A DNA stretch of 64,000 nucleotides from Desulfolutivibrio sp. (GTDB lineage: Bacteria; Desulfobacterota; Desulfovibrionia; Desulfovibrionales; Desulfovibrionaceae). Location of the stretch: positions 1,246 to 65,245 of the forward strand of contig NZ_JAZHDB010000091.1 in assembly GCF_036584575.1 (NCBI RefSeq), given 5' to 3'. Position numbers and translations under genes: made by a program. The notes under the pieces are model-generated. The model ran no database searches. It had not been told where the DNA came from and saw only the letters and a program-made list of their open reading frames with translations. Numbering within the stretch: position 1 is the stretch's first letter; each line of letters begins with the position of its first letter. Positions 26,845 through 38,997 of the stretch are shown here, in pieces.

Positions 26845-29800
26845 ATGACCGCGCCCGAACGCACTCCGTGGTACAAAGACTGGAAAATCCAGCTCATCGT
26901 GGTCCTGGCCGTCATCGTCGTGGCCCAGTTCGTGTCCCTTTCGGGCCTGCGCACGCCCACCCCTCCCCCGGCGGTTTCCCCCGCGCCGGTGGCGGCCGCA
27001 CCCGACGACGTGACCGTGGCCGGGGTGTCCATTGAGGCCGAACAGGGACGGGCCCTGCTCATCGCCTTCGACCACCCCGTGGCCGGAGTCACGGCCGGGA
27101 GCCGCCCGGCCAAGGAGCCTGCGGCCATTTCCCCGTCCGTGTCCGGCGTCTGGACCTGGATCAACCCGTTCATGCTGCGTTTCGAGCCGTCCGAACCCTT
27201 CGCCACGGCCAAAAGCTACGCCATAACCATAAAGCCGGACCATATCGTCACCGCCCCCCAACGTCTGACGGGCGAGACGAAGTTCGCCGCCGCCCACGGC
27301 GTCTTCGAGCTGACGCGCCTGACGGGCCACCTGGAATCCGCCGCCGAGGAGGCGCCCGGCATGGTGCGCATCGAGGGCGAGGCCGTCTTCAACCGTGCAG
27401 TGGACCCCGAGGCCCTGCTCGAACATCTGAAAATCCTGGACCCCCTGCGCGGCGACGGCGATCCCGTCTCCTTCTACATCCCCGACAGTTCCCCCGGCCG
27501 CAAGCTGGCCTTCATCAGCGACCCCATCGCCGCGAAGACCCAGGCCCGGGACATCACCCTGGTGATCTCCCCCGAGACCGTCCCCGAGAAAGGCGGCGTC
27601 CCCCTTGGCCGGGAGGTCAAAACGACGGTGCCCGTGGTTCTGGACACGGTGCTCAAAGTCAACGCCATAAACGCCGAGAGCCAGGGCGAGGCCAGCGTGC
27701 TGCGCATCAACTTTTCCACGCCGGTTGCGGCCAAGGCCCTGGAGGACCATCTGGCCATCACCCCGGAGGTGGCCCGGCGCATCCATTCCGAAGAGGGCGA
27801 TCTCATCGTGACGGGCGAATTCATCCCCGGCCGGGACTATCAGGTGACCCTGCGCAAGGGCCTGGCCGCCGCCGACGGGGCCATGCTCGAACAGGACGTG
27901 TCGGAGCCGGTCTCCGTTCCGGACCTCGATCCCTTGGCCGTTTTCAAGGACCAGGGGATGTTTCTGTCCCGCTCGGGCTATAAAAATCTGGCCGTCAAAA
28001 GCGTCAACACCGACACGGCGGACTTGGTCATCGACCGGGTCTACTTAAACAACCTGTTCGCCTTCCTCAATTTCGACTATTCGGCCATGGACGAGTCCTT
28101 TACCGGCCAATACCTGAGCCACAGCCTGGGCGACCGGCTGCAGAAGGTCACCTTGTCCCTGACCGGGCCGCAAAACAAGGCCGTCACCACCCCCGTCAAC
28201 CTGGAAAAATACATCGCCCAGCAGACCCCGGGCCTGTACCGGGTGGCCCTGACCCTGCCCGGGCAGTACGAGGGCGATCAGCGTCTGGTGCTCATCACGG
28301 ACCTTGGCATCGTGGCCAAGCGCGGCAATGCGGACATCCTGGTCTTCACGGCCTCCTTCTCCACCCTGGCCTCGGTCCAGGGCGCCACGGTGCGCATCAT
28401 AAGCGACCAGAACCAGGAAATCGCCCGGGGAACCACCGACGCCTCGGGACTTTTCCAGGCCACCCTGTCTGCGGAAATTCTTGAGAAAAACCAGCCCTAC
28501 CTGATCACCGTGGAAAAGGGCGCCGACTTCAGCTTCCTGCTCTTCGACTCCTTCCATACGGACACCACGGGCATGGACGTGGACGGCCGGATGCTGTCCA
28601 AGACCGGCTACACCGCCTTCCTCTACGGCGAACGCGACATCTACCGCCCCGGAGAGACCTTAAACGGCGTGGCCATGGTCCGCGACGCGAGCTTAAAGAC
28701 CCCGGCCTCCATGCCGCTGACGCTTCGCCAGACCGACCCCCAGGGCCGCAAGCTCGGGGAGACCGTGGTCAAGACCGACGACAAAGGCATGGCCTCCTTC
28801 TCCCTGCCGCTGCCCGGCTATCTCATCACCGGTCCCTATGTCCTCGAACTCCTGGCGGGCAAGGAGCAGATCGGCGAATACCGTTTCCAGGTCGAGGATT
28901 TCGTGCCCGACCGCATCAGCGTCAGCGTCGAGCCCGGCCAGACCATGGCCCTGCCCGGGGAGAGGCTCGGGTTTTCGGTCAAAAGCCGCTACCTGTTCGG
29001 CGCCCCGGCCGCAGATCTGCCCGTGGAGGCCCGGGTGCGCCTGACCAAGGCCCCGTTTACCCCCAAGGGTTTTGAAAATTATTCCTTCGGCGACCCCGAG
29101 CGCTCTTTCGAGGACACGGAATTTTTCCAAAGCGACGAATCCCTGGGCCCGGACGGCGCACAGACCTTCGAGGCCGAGCTGCCCCGGGACGTCCGGCCTC
29201 CGGCGGCGCTGTCGGCGGTCATCACCGCCCGGGTGCGCGAGGGCGGCGGGCGCGGCGTGACGGCCATGGCCCGGGTGCCTGTGCATGCCTATCCGTCCTA
29301 TCCCGGGCTCAAGCGCCTGGAACGAGAAGGCCGGGAGCCGGGCAAACCCCTGGTCCTGGATTTCGTGAACGTATCCGCCGCCGGGGAGGAGGCCAAGGCC
29401 GGGGAGCTCAAGGCCCGCTTCTATAAGGACGACTGGCAGACGGTGCTGCGCCGTGATCCGGGCGGCAGTTTCAAATACGATTCCGTGCGCGATTCCAGGC
29501 TGCTTGACGCCAAGACCATTGCCGCCGGGGCCAGCCACGGGACCGTGACCTTCACCCCGCCGACCGTGGGCAGCTACCGCGTGGTGCTGACGGATACGGC
29601 CACCGGGGCCGCCAGCCAGGTGGAATTTTTCTGCGGCGGCTTCGGCTATTCGCCCTGGGCCCTGGAAAATCCGGCCCGCATCGAGCTTGTGCCGGATAAA
29701 AAGGAATACGCCTCGGGAGAGACCGCCACCTTCCAGGTGCGCGCCCCCTTTGCCGGACGCATGCTGGTCACCGTGGAAAACGAGGAGGTGCGCCAGGCGT

Positions 29801-32310
29801 TCGTCATGGACATGCCGGGCAACACCGGCCAGATCAGCATTCCGGTCAAACCCGAATACATGCCCAACGCCTATGTGACCGCCACGTTGGTACGCAAGGC
29901 CTCCGACCTTTCGTCCGGTTCCGTGGCCAGGGCCTTCGGGGCCGCGCCCCTGTACGTTGACCGGGCCGAGGGCCGCCTGGAGGTCATTGCCTCCTCCCCG
30001 GCCGAGATGCGCCCCGGGACGCCCCTGGTTATCGACGTGACCACCCGTTCCGGAGCGGCCCTGACGGTGTCCGCCGTGGACGAGGGCATCTTGCAGCTCA
30101 TTGCCCAAAAAACCCCCGATCCCTACGGCGAATTCTACGCCAAGCGGCAGCTCGGGGTGGAGTCCTACGACATCTTCTCCCTGCTTCTGCCCGAGGTGCC
30201 GCCGCTGCACGGCAAGTCCCTGGCTGGCGGCGGCGACTCCCTGGAGGATTTGAGCAAATTCCTGCGCTCGGAAAGCCCGGCCTCGAGGCTGGTGGCCTTC
30301 TGGTCCGGGGTGGTCGTGGCCGACGGGCAGGGCAAGGCCCGGGTGAGCTTCGACGTGCCGGAATTTCGCGGCGCGGTGCGCATCATGGTCGTGGCCGCCG
30401 ACGGCCGCCGCTTCGGCGCGGCCGAGACCGTCACCCGGGTGAAAAGCCCCTTGTCCGTGTCCCCGAGCTTCCCGCGTTTCCTGTCCCTGGAGGAGACCGT
30501 GGACATCCCGGTGGCCGTGCGCAACGACACCCCCGGCCCCGGAGACTTCGCCGTGACGCTTGCCGTCACGGGTTCGGCCTCCTGCGCCGCCCCCCAAAAG
30601 TCCGTGTCCCTGGCCCCGGGTGAGGAGAAGACCCTGTTTTTCCCGGTGGCCACCGGTCCCGGGGAAGGCATGGCCACCTTTGCCGTGACCGTTTCCGGAA
30701 ACGGCGAAAAGGCTGCCGCCAGCCAGGAGCTCTTCGCCCGCTCCCCGCTCCCGGCCCGCTCGGACATCCAGTCCGGCGGCCTGGAGAGCGCCTCGACCAA
30801 GCTCAATGACGTTGCGGCCGGATTCGTGCCGGGCACGGCGCGCCGCGACATCTTCATCGGCCGCCAACCCCTCTTGCGCTTCGCCGCAAACCTGCGCGAA
30901 CTGCTGACCTATCCCCACGGCTGCGTGGAGCAGACCGTGTCCAAGGCCTTTCCCCTTTTGTATTTCGCCGATCTGGCCAAGGTTCTGGCCCCGGACATCC
31001 TGCCCGGCGGCCAACCCGCGGCCATGGTCCAGGCCGCCGTGAAGCGCCTGATGAGCATGCAGATCTACGACGGCGGCTTCTCCATGTGGCCGGGCGGCCG
31101 GGAGGCCGTGGACTGGCCCAGCGTCTATGCCGCCCATTTCCTGGTGGAGGCCAAGGCGGCGGGCTACCATGTAGATGAGGACTCCCTGCGCCGGGCCCTG
31201 CGCTTTCTCGCCGGGCTGGCCAAAAACGCCGCCAGCGATGACCAGGGGGGCGAGGACGAGGGAAGCGGGGCCAAGGTCTCGGCCTATGCCCTGTACGTCC
31301 TGGCCCGGGCGGGCAAGGCGGACATCGGGGCCATGGACTATCTGCGCGACTCCGCAAGCGACGGCCTGCCCGCCGACGCCCGGGGGCTTTTGGGCGCGGC
31401 CTATGCCGCCGTGGGCAACCAGAAGGCCGCAAGCGCCTTGCTGGCCGGTTCGCCGCCAGCCGACACCGTGAAACGCTTAACCGGCGGCGCCCTGGATTCG
31501 CCGCTTCGGGACAAGGCCCTGTATCTGGCGGCCTTGACCGACGCCGCGCCCAAGGACTCGCGACTGCCCAAACTCGCGGCGGACACGGCCCGGCTCTTCG
31601 CCGCCGTGCGCCATCCCTCCACCCAGGAGGCGGCCTTCGCCTTCGTGGCCCTTGGCAAGTATTATGCGAAGCAGGCGGCCAAGAAGCCGTTTTCCGGCAA
31701 GCTGTACGCCGGTTCGACGCTTCTGACGGATTTTTCTTCCGACAAACCCTTGTCCCTGCGGGGCATTCCCGACGCCGGGGTGCTGCGCATCGAGATGGAC
31801 GGCGGCTACGAGGCCGGGGCGGCCTTTTTCAGCGTGGAGACGCGCGGCGTGCCCCTGATGTCGGCCTACAAGCCCGAGCGGGCCGGACTTGAGATCGTGC
31901 GCGAATACCTGGACCGCCAGGGCAATCCGCTATCCGGGGAAAGCGTGCCCCAGGGAACCCTCCTGGTGCAGAAGACCTCCGTGCGCAGCCTGTCCGGCGC
32001 GGTGGAAAACCTGGTGCTCCAAAACCTGCTGCCCACGGGCGTCGAGGTGGAGAACCCGCGTCTGGACACCACGGAGAAGCTGCCCTGGATGACCGGGGAC
32101 GATCTGGAGGCGGATTACGTGGATTACCGGGGGGACCGGGTCAACGTGTTCGCCGACCTCCCGGACGAGAAGTGGCGCAACCATTTCAGCCTGCTGCGCG
32201 CGGTGACGCCGGGGACGTTCCATGTGCCGCCGCCCCAGGTGGAGGCCATGTACGACCCGTCGCTTATGGCCTCGGGGCTGCTCGGGAAGATCACGGTGCA
32301 GGTGAAATAA
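26845..32310 (+). CDS. bacterial alpha-2-macroglobulin
   Basis: ERDIYRPGET, VEDFVPDR, AVDEGIL, thioester YPHGCVEQ, DGGFSMW, RAVTPGTF..PP..VEAMY. Confidence 0.93.
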   Translation: MTAPERTPWYKDWKIQLIVVLAVIVVAQFVSLSGLRTPTPPPAVSPAPVAAAPDDVTVAGVSIEAEQGRALLIAFDHPVAGVTAGSRPAKEPAAISPSVSGVWTWINPFMLRFEPSEPFATAKSYAITIKPDHIVTAPQRLTGETKFAAAHGVFELTRLTGHLESAAEEAPGMVRIEGEAVFNRAVDPEALLEHLKILDPLRGDGDPVSFYIPDSSPGRKLAFISDPIAAKTQARDITLVISPETVPEKGGVPLGREVKTTVPVVLDTVLKVNAINAESQGEASVLRINFSTPVAAKALEDHLAITPEVARRIHSEEGDLIVTGEFIPGRDYQVTLRKGLAAADGAMLEQDVSEPVSVPDLDPLAVFKDQGMFLSRSGYKNLAVKSVNTDTADLVIDRVYLNNLFAFLNFDYSAMDESFTGQYLSHSLGDRLQKVTLSLTGPQNKAVTTPVNLEKYIAQQTPGLYRVALTLPGQYEGDQRLVLITDLGIVAKRGNADILVFTASFSTLASVQGATVRIISDQNQEIARGTTDASGLFQATLSAEILEKNQPYLITVEKGADFSFLLFDSFHTDTTGMDVDGRMLSKTGYTAFLYGERDIYRPGETLNGVAMVRDASLKTPASMPLTLRQTDPQGRKLGETVVKTDDKGMASFSLPLPGYLITGPYVLELLAGKEQIGEYRFQVEDFVPDRISVSVEPGQTMALPGERLGFSVKSRYLFGAPAADLPVEARVRLTKAPFTPKGFENYSFGDPERSFEDTEFFQSDESLGPDGAQTFEAELPRDVRPPAALSAVITARVREGGGRGVTAMARVPVHAYPSYPGLKRLEREGREPGKPLVLDFVNVSAAGEEAKAGELKARFYKDDWQTVLRRDPGGSFKYDSVRDSRLLDAKTIAAGASHGTVTFTPPTVGSYRVVLTDTATGAASQVEFFCGGFGYSPWALENPARIELVPDKKEYASGETATFQVRAPFAGRMLVTVENEEVRQAFVMDMPGNTGQISIPVKPEYMPNAYVTATLVRKASDLSSGSVARAFGAAPLYVDRAEGRLEVIASSPAEMRPGTPLVIDVTTRSGAALTVSAVDEGILQLIAQKTPDPYGEFYAKRQLGVESYDIFSLLLPEVPPLHGKSLAGGGDSLEDLSKFLRSESPASRLVAFWSGVVVADGQGKARVSFDVPEFRGAVRIMVVAADGRRFGAAETVTRVKSPLSVSPSFPRFLSLEETVDIPVAVRNDTPGPGDFAVTLAVTGSASCAAPQKSVSLAPGEEKTLFFPVATGPGEGMATFAVTVSGNGEKAAASQELFARSPLPARSDIQSGGLESASTKLNDVAAGFVPGTARRDIFIGRQPLLRFAANLRELLTYPHGCVEQTVSKAFPLLYFADLAKVLAPDILPGGQPAAMVQAAVKRLMSMQIYDGGFSMWPGGREAVDWPSVYAAHFLVEAKAAGYHVDEDSLRRALRFLAGLAKNAASDDQGGEDEGSGAKVSAYALYVLARAGKADIGAMDYLRDSASDGLPADARGLLGAAYAAVGNQKAASALLAGSPPADTVKRLTGGALDSPLRDKALYLAALTDAAPKDSRLPKLAADTARLFAAVRHPSTQEAAFAFVALGKYYAKQAAKKPFSGKLYAGSTLLTDFSSDKPLSLRGIPDAGVLRIEMDGGYEAGAAFFSVETRGVPLMSAYKPERAGLEIVREYLDRQGNPLSGESVPQGTLLVQKTSVRSLSGAVENLVLQNLLPTGVEVENPRLDTTEKLPWMTGDDLEADYVDYRGDRVNVFADLPDEKWRNHFSLLRAVTPGTFHVPPPQVEAMYDPSLMASGLLGKITVQVK

Positions 32311-32345
32311 CGGACGTCTCGGCCCGGACGTTCTTCCCGGGCCGC

Positions 32346-32392
32346 AAAAGGCCGACGCCCCCTCCGGTTCGCCGCAGGGGGCGTTCGCTTTG
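32346..32392. terminator. hairpin between convergent A2M and nitroreductase genes
   Basis: ACGCCCCCT...AGGGGGCGT stem flanked by A and T runs. Confidence 0.55.
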
Positions 32393-32449
32393 TGACGGAC
32401 GGCCGCCGCGAAGCCGCCGGACTCGCCGGGCGGCGCTGGGCCTTTCGGA

Positions 32450-33076
32450 TTACAGGCGGATGGCGGACAGGGGTTTGCGCACGCGGGGAGCGGGGTCGCC
32501 CGGGGCCGGATGGCCCACCGCCAGGAGGTTCACCACCCGCAGGGCGGGGTCGATCCCGAACCGCTCCTTGATCGCTGTCTCGTTGAACATGCCGACCCAG
32601 CAGATCCCAAGCCCCATCTCCACGGCCCGCAACATGAGAAAGGCGTTGGCCAGCCCCACATTCATGGCCGCCGCACCGAAGCGGGCCATATCCGGGGCGC
32701 TTTCCTCATGGGCCACGTAGGCCTCGATGCCGTCCATGGTGTCGCCGGTGACGAGGTTTTTGTCGCGATAAAAAAACGCGGCGGCCTGGGAGTCGCGCAC
32801 GTAACCGGCCAGATCGGCGCAGCACACGAAGATGGCCGCCGCCCCGGCCAAGAATCCCTGGGAGCGGGTGGCCAGGCTGGTGGCGAAAAAGGCCTTGTCG
32901 GCCGGGTCGGTGACCACCTTGTAGCGCCAGGGCTGGGAGTTGAGGCTGGACGGGGCGAGCCGGGCCGCTTCAAGAAGCGAGGCGATCTCGGCCTCGGCAA
33001 GCGGCGCAGAGGTGAAGGCCCGCACGCTGTGCCGGGCCAAAATGGCATCCATGACGCCCATTTTCGTCGTGGTCAT
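32450..33076 (-). CDS. nitroreductase-family protein
   Basis: ARHSVRAF, APSSLNSQPW, GLGICWVG, RVRKPL. Confidence 0.9.
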   Translation of the reverse strand: MTTTKMGVMDAILARHSVRAFTSAPLAEAEIASLLEAARLAPSSLNSQPWRYKVVTDPADKAFFATSLATRSQGFLAGAAAIFVCCADLAGYVRDSQAAAFFYRDKNLVTGDTMDGIEAYVAHEESAPDMARFGAAAMNVGLANAFLMLRAVEMGLGICWVGMFNETAIKERFGIDPALRVVNLLAVGHPAPGDPAPRVRKPLSAIRL

Positions 33077-33279
33077 GGGAACCTCCAGGGTGTTGCGGGA
33101 CCGCTGCGACGGGCGGCCCCGGGGATTTTCGCCACACGGCCGCATCCGCCCTATCAGGCTTTCGTGGCGGCGTGGCGACGAAAGCCTACCCAGATTCCCG
33201 GCGGGCCTCAACCCCGGCCCGAGGCGAGGCCGGACAGCGACAGGGACGCCATCCTGGCCAGCCGGGCGCCGCTTTTCCC

Positions 33280-33975
33280 CTAAAACCGCCCCTTTTCGCC
33301 CCGCCCTGCGCCGTGAAGCCCCAACGCCGCGCGCACAAGCTGCAGAAATTCCTCGCGCGGTATCTCCCGGCAGCCGAAACGCGCCATATGCTCCGTGGTC
33401 TGCTGGCAGTCGATGAAGGAACATCCCCGGGCATACAGATGCCGGGCCAGGGTCACAAAGGCCGCCTTGGAGGCCTCGGGCACAAGATGAAACATGGACT
33501 CGCCGAAAAAAGCCCGCCCCAGGGCCACGCCGTAGGCCCCGCCCACGAGAACCCCGTCCTGGCGGGCCTCCACGCTATGGGCGAAGCCGGCCCGGTGCAG
33601 GGCCACATAGGCCGCGACCATCTCCGCCGTGATCCAGGTTCCGGGCTGTCCCGGACGATGAACACGGGCGCAGGCCGTGATCACGGCCAAAAAATCCGTG
33701 TTCAGGGTCACCTCGAAGCGGTTCTGGCGTAAAAGCCGCTCCAGGCGGCGCGGCACATGCAGTTCGGCCGGAAACAGCACGGGCCGGGGGTCCGGCGACC
33801 ACCACAGGATGGGGCTGTCGTCGTCGTACCAGGGGAAGATGCCCTGGGAATAGGCGGCAATAAGGCGCGGCACGGACAGATCCCCGCCCACGGCCAAAAG
33901 CCCGCCGGGCTCGGCCAGGCGCGGCGGCGGAAAACGCAGGTCGCCTGGGTCGTCGGACAGGGCGTAGATGGGCAT
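33280..33975 (-). CDS. aat: leucyl/phenylalanyl-tRNA-protein transferase
   Basis: GLLAVGGDL, AYSQGIFPW, WWSPDPR, FFGESMF. Confidence 0.95.
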   Translation of the reverse strand: MPIYALSDDPGDLRFPPPRLAEPGGLLAVGGDLSVPRLIAAYSQGIFPWYDDDSPILWWSPDPRPVLFPAELHVPRRLERLLRQNRFEVTLNTDFLAVITACARVHRPGQPGTWITAEMVAAYVALHRAGFAHSVEARQDGVLVGGAYGVALGRAFFGESMFHLVPEASKAAFVTLARHLYARGCSFIDCQQTTEHMARFGCREIPREEFLQLVRAALGLHGAGRGEKGRF

Positions 33976-34049
33976 GGAAGGCCGCCATCAGGTTGTCCCC
34001 CACGGGGCCATGACGGCCCCGCAGGAGGAGGATGACAGATGGCGCGGGG

Positions 34050-36407
34050 TTACTGGACGACCTTGCGGCGGCCGGACTCGCGCGGCACGTAGGTGAAAAG
34101 GAAGGACGACCCTTCCGGGGCCACGGCGCTGGCGTCGTTGACGGTCTCGATCCCGGCTGCGGCGTTCGCCTGCGCCGGGGCGTCCGCAGGCGCCGGGGCG
34201 TCCACCACGGCGTCGCCGCCCTGGCGCAGGCAGCCGAAAAGCAGCTCGTGGGCCAGGACGTCCTTGATCTCGGCCTGGATGACCCGGGCCAGGGGCCTGG
34301 CCCCGTAGGTCGGATCGAAGCCCTTTTTGGCCAAAAGGGCCACGGCGGCCGGGGTCAGGGTCACGACGACCCTGCGGTCGTGCAACTGGTCGTTGAGCTC
34401 GCCCAGATACTTGGCCACAATGCGGTCCATGACCTCGGGGCTTAAGGACTTGAAGGTGACGATGCCGTCAAGACGGTTGCGGAACTCCGGGCTGAACAGG
34501 CGATCCAGGGCCTTTTTGCCCTGGTCCGAACGGTCATCGGGGGTGTCGGCGTCGCCGAAGCCGATGCTCTTGGCGGACATCTCCCGGGCCCCGGCGTTGG
34601 TGGTCATAAGCAGGATGACGTGGGAGAAATCGGCCTTGCGGCCGTTGTTGTCGGTCAGGGTGGCGTAGTCCATGACCTGCAACAGGATGCTGAACATGTC
34701 CGGATGGGCCTTCTCGATCTCGTCGAGAAGGAGCACGCTGTGGGGGTGTTTGCGGATGGCGTCGGTCAGAAGGCCGCCCTGGTCGAAGCCCACGTATCCC
34801 GGGGGCGCGCCGATAAGTCGCGACACGGCATGCTTCTCCATGTATTCGCTCATGTCGAAACGCACGAAGTTGACGCCCAGCACGTTGGCCAGTTGCTTGG
34901 CCAGCTCGGTCTTGCCCACCCCGGTGGGACCGGCCAGGAGGAAGGCCCCGGTGGTCTTCCCCTCCGCCGACAACCCGGCCCGGGAACGCTTGATGGCCTT
35001 GGACACGGTGCCGATGGCCTTGTCCTGGCCAAAAATCACGGCCCGCAGCTCGCGGTCCAGGTTCTCAAGCCGCGTCTTGTCCGACCCGGTGACCCGCTGG
35101 GCCGGAATCCTGGCCATCTTGGCCACCACCTTCTCCACGTCGGCCACGCCGATAAAGCCGCGTCCGGTCTTGCCCGAGATGCGATGCACGGCCCCGGCCT
35201 CGTCGATGACGTCGATGGCCTTGTCGGGCAGGTAGCGGTCGTTGATGTGCCGGGCCGACAGGTCCACGGCGGCCTTGACCGCGGTATCCGTGTAGCGCAC
35301 GCCATGGTGGGCCTCGTAGGCCGAACGCAGCCCCTTCAGGATGTCCACGGCCTCCTCGCGGCTGGGCTCGGCAATGTCGATCTTCTGGAAGCGCCGGGAC
35401 AGGGCCCGGTCCTTCTCGAAATGGTTCTTGTATTCCTCGTAGGTGGTGGAGCCGATGCAGCGCAGGGTTCCCGAGGCCAGCACGGGCTTGAGGATGTTCG
35501 AGGCGTCGAGGGTGCCGCCGCTGGTGGCCCCGGCCCCCACGATGGTGTGGATCTCGTCCACGAAGAGGATGGCCTCGGGCTTGCCGGCCAGTTCGGACAA
35601 AACGCCCTTGAGCCGGGCCTCGAAATCGCCCCGGTACTTGGTCCCGGCCAGAAGCGCGCCCATGTCCAGGGCGTAGATCTCGGTATTGGCGAAGACCGGC
35701 GGCACCTCGCCGTTGACGATTTTCAGCGCCAGGCCCTCGGCGATGGCCGTCTTGCCCACGCCCGGGTCGCCCACGAAGATGGGGTTGTTTTTGCGGCGGC
35801 GCATGAGCACCTGGATGGTCCGCTCAAGCTCGGGAACCCGGCCGATCAGGGGATCGATCCGCCCTTCCTTGGCCTTTTGCACCAGATTGACCGTGAACTG
35901 TTCCAGGGCCGTGGCCCCGGGCTTCTGCTCCGGGGACTCGCCCGGGCGTTGCTCCGGGCCGTCCTGCCGCCAGGGCTCGGCCCCCTGACCGCTTGAGATG
36001 GACTCCAGCACGTCCAGGCGGGTGACGCCGTGGGACTTGAGGAAATAGACGGCGTAGGAGTCCTCCTCGTCGAACAGGGCGGCCAGGACGTCCCCCACCT
36101 CCACCTGGTTTTTCCCGGCGTTTTGCATCTGCATGATGGCCCGCTGCAACACCCGCTGCACCCCAAGGGTCTGCACCACCTCCGTGGGCGACTCCTTGGG
36201 CAGGACTTCCATGTGGTCCAGGAAAAACCGCTCCAGCTGATTTTTCAGACGCACCACGTTGGCCCCGCAGCCGGTCAGGATGTCCTTGCCCGAGTCATCC
36301 AGAAGCACGGCATACAGCAGATGCTCCAGGGTCAGGTATTCGTGATTGCGGCGCTTGACTTCCTTGACGGCGTTGGTCAGCACCCTTTCCAGTGTCTTGC
36401 TTAACAT
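34050..36407 (-). CDS. clpA: ATP-dependent Clp protease ATPase subunit ClpA
   Basis: two AAA+ modules ([16 protein letters not shown]), no ClpB middle domain, follows clpS. Confidence 0.95.
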   Translation of the reverse strand: MLSKTLERVLTNAVKEVKRRNHEYLTLEHLLYAVLLDDSGKDILTGCGANVVRLKNQLERFFLDHMEVLPKESPTEVVQTLGVQRVLQRAIMQMQNAGKNQVEVGDVLAALFDEEDSYAVYFLKSHGVTRLDVLESISSGQGAEPWRQDGPEQRPGESPEQKPGATALEQFTVNLVQKAKEGRIDPLIGRVPELERTIQVLMRRRKNNPIFVGDPGVGKTAIAEGLALKIVNGEVPPVFANTEIYALDMGALLAGTKYRGDFEARLKGVLSELAGKPEAILFVDEIHTIVGAGATSGGTLDASNILKPVLASGTLRCIGSTTYEEYKNHFEKDRALSRRFQKIDIAEPSREEAVDILKGLRSAYEAHHGVRYTDTAVKAAVDLSARHINDRYLPDKAIDVIDEAGAVHRISGKTGRGFIGVADVEKVVAKMARIPAQRVTGSDKTRLENLDRELRAVIFGQDKAIGTVSKAIKRSRAGLSAEGKTTGAFLLAGPTGVGKTELAKQLANVLGVNFVRFDMSEYMEKHAVSRLIGAPPGYVGFDQGGLLTDAIRKHPHSVLLLDEIEKAHPDMFSILLQVMDYATLTDNNGRKADFSHVILLMTTNAGAREMSAKSIGFGDADTPDDRSDQGKKALDRLFSPEFRNRLDGIVTFKSLSPEVMDRIVAKYLGELNDQLHDRRVVVTLTPAAVALLAKKGFDPTYGARPLARVIQAEIKDVLAHELLFGCLRQGGDAVVDAPAPADAPAQANAAAGIETVNDASAVAPEGSSFLFTYVPRESGRRKVVQ

Positions 36408-36722
36408 CTAGACCTCTTCCATGCTGCATTTGAGCGGATATCCGTTCTGGCGGGCCAACCGGCGCACCAGGGACACCTTGAGTTCGGCCACTTCCGCCGT
36501 ATAGACCCCGCACACGCCGACGCCCTTGTTATGCACGTTCAGCATGATCTGGACGGCCTCGGCCTCGGTTTTGCGGAAAATCCGCATCAGCACTTTGACC
36601 ACGAATTCCATGGTCGTATAATCGTCGTTGTGCAAAAGAACCTTGAAGCGTTTGGGCTCGCGGACCTCGTCGGCCAGCCCCACTCCGGATTCCTGCTCCT
36701 CATTTTGGATCGGTTCGGTCAT
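36408..36722 (-). CDS. clpS: Clp protease adaptor ClpS
   Basis: [27 protein letters not shown]. Confidence 0.96.
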   Translation of the reverse strand: MTEPIQNEEQESGVGLADEVREPKRFKVLLHNDDYTTMEFVVKVLMRIFRKTEAEAVQIMLNVHNKGVGVCGVYTAEVAELKVSLVRRLARQNGYPLKCSMEEV

Positions 36723-37030
36723 ATCCCGCTTCTTCTGCGATTCAAACTTTTTATATGATAGACGACGCCGCTGCGCCGCACCCTGGGTTTCATAATAAGA
36801 CTCGGGACGGGTCTGTCGAGGGCGGGCCGGAAAAACGGGCGCTGGCGCCGCCCTGAAGCATGCCGCCCCGGCGAAACGGCCGCTACGGCATGTTCTCGCC
36901 CGGCCGCCCCGTCTGTCGGCATATCCCTGTCGCTTTACCGTAAGGAAAATCGCCCCGGCTTACAACTGCGCCCGCACAGGCCGCCCCGTTCCACCGGGCA
37001 AGCCCCCGGACGGGCCGGGACGCCGGGCGT

Positions 37031-37708
37031 TCATTCTTCAAGCGACGGCGCGGCCAAAAGCCGGGCGGCTTGCTCCGGCGGGAAGACGAAGCTGTCCGTC
37101 GGCCCAAGCCCCTGGGCGTCCAGATGCTCCAGGTGCAGGTCGTGGTAGGTGGCTGTGCGGGCCGAGGCCGGGTCCAGCCCAAGCCGGGCCGCCCAGGCCG
37201 TGATGTCGTCCGGGTCGCCTTCGAGCTCCACGAAGCGGCCAAACGGCAACCGGTCCAGGCAGACGTGCAGGCCGCCCAGCATCCAGGCCTGGCGCACCTT
37301 CTCGTAGCGCAGGGCCTCGGCGTAGCCCAGGCCGTGCAGGATGCCCTCCATGGCCGAAAAATCCTCCACCCGGGTTTCGAGCTCCTGGCGCACTTTGTAT
37401 CCGGCCGGGGCCTGCCCGGGCGCGGGGAGCTTGACGGTCACCACCCCGGAGGCGGCGGCCTGTCCGCCAGGCGAGTTGCGGCGCAGGCGCAGCAGGATGC
37501 CTGCGGCCCGCAGGGGACCGGGCGCGACCGTCCCGGCGTCCGGCCCGGCGTCCGGGGAAGCATCCGGCCCGGCATAAGGGGAAGGGGCGTCGAAGACGAT
37601 GTTTTGCTCGAAGACCACGGGTTCCGGAACCGCACCGGCCTCCGCCAGAGACTGTCGCAGGGCCGAAAACCCGGCCACGGGGAATTTCAGCTCGATTTCC
37701 AGAGGCAT
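37031..37708 (-). CDS. CYTH-domain protein (class IV adenylate cyclase-like)
   Basis: EIELKF, LLRLR, RQELET, YEKVR, FVELEG. Confidence 0.85.
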   Translation of the reverse strand: MPLEIELKFPVAGFSALRQSLAEAGAVPEPVVFEQNIVFDAPSPYAGPDASPDAGPDAGTVAPGPLRAAGILLRLRRNSPGGQAAASGVVTVKLPAPGQAPAGYKVRQELETRVEDFSAMEGILHGLGYAEALRYEKVRQAWMLGGLHVCLDRLPFGRFVELEGDPDDITAWAARLGLDPASARTATYHDLHLEHLDAQGLGPTDSFVFPPEQAARLLAAPSLEE

Positions 37709-37763
37709 GGGATATCCTGTGGAAAAAACGTCCTCACCCCTTGCCAGGGCAGGCCTCACCCCG

Positions 37764-38837
<1,074 letters not shown>

Positions 38838-38997
38838 TCACCACCCTTTGAAGGCGCTCGCCGCTCTGCGCTGCGCATGTCCGTTTTGTACTGTGACTCC
38901 TGCGGCGTCGGCAAATACGTTCTCAATACGTCGAGCCAACTCCGGTCCTGTTCTCCGTCTTTTTACGAAACCCTGCTTGCGCTGCAATGACGCCCTG

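Noticed and set aside
33280-36722. clpS-clpA-aat cluster
   Set aside because: Well-known N-degron pathway arrangement; not novel.
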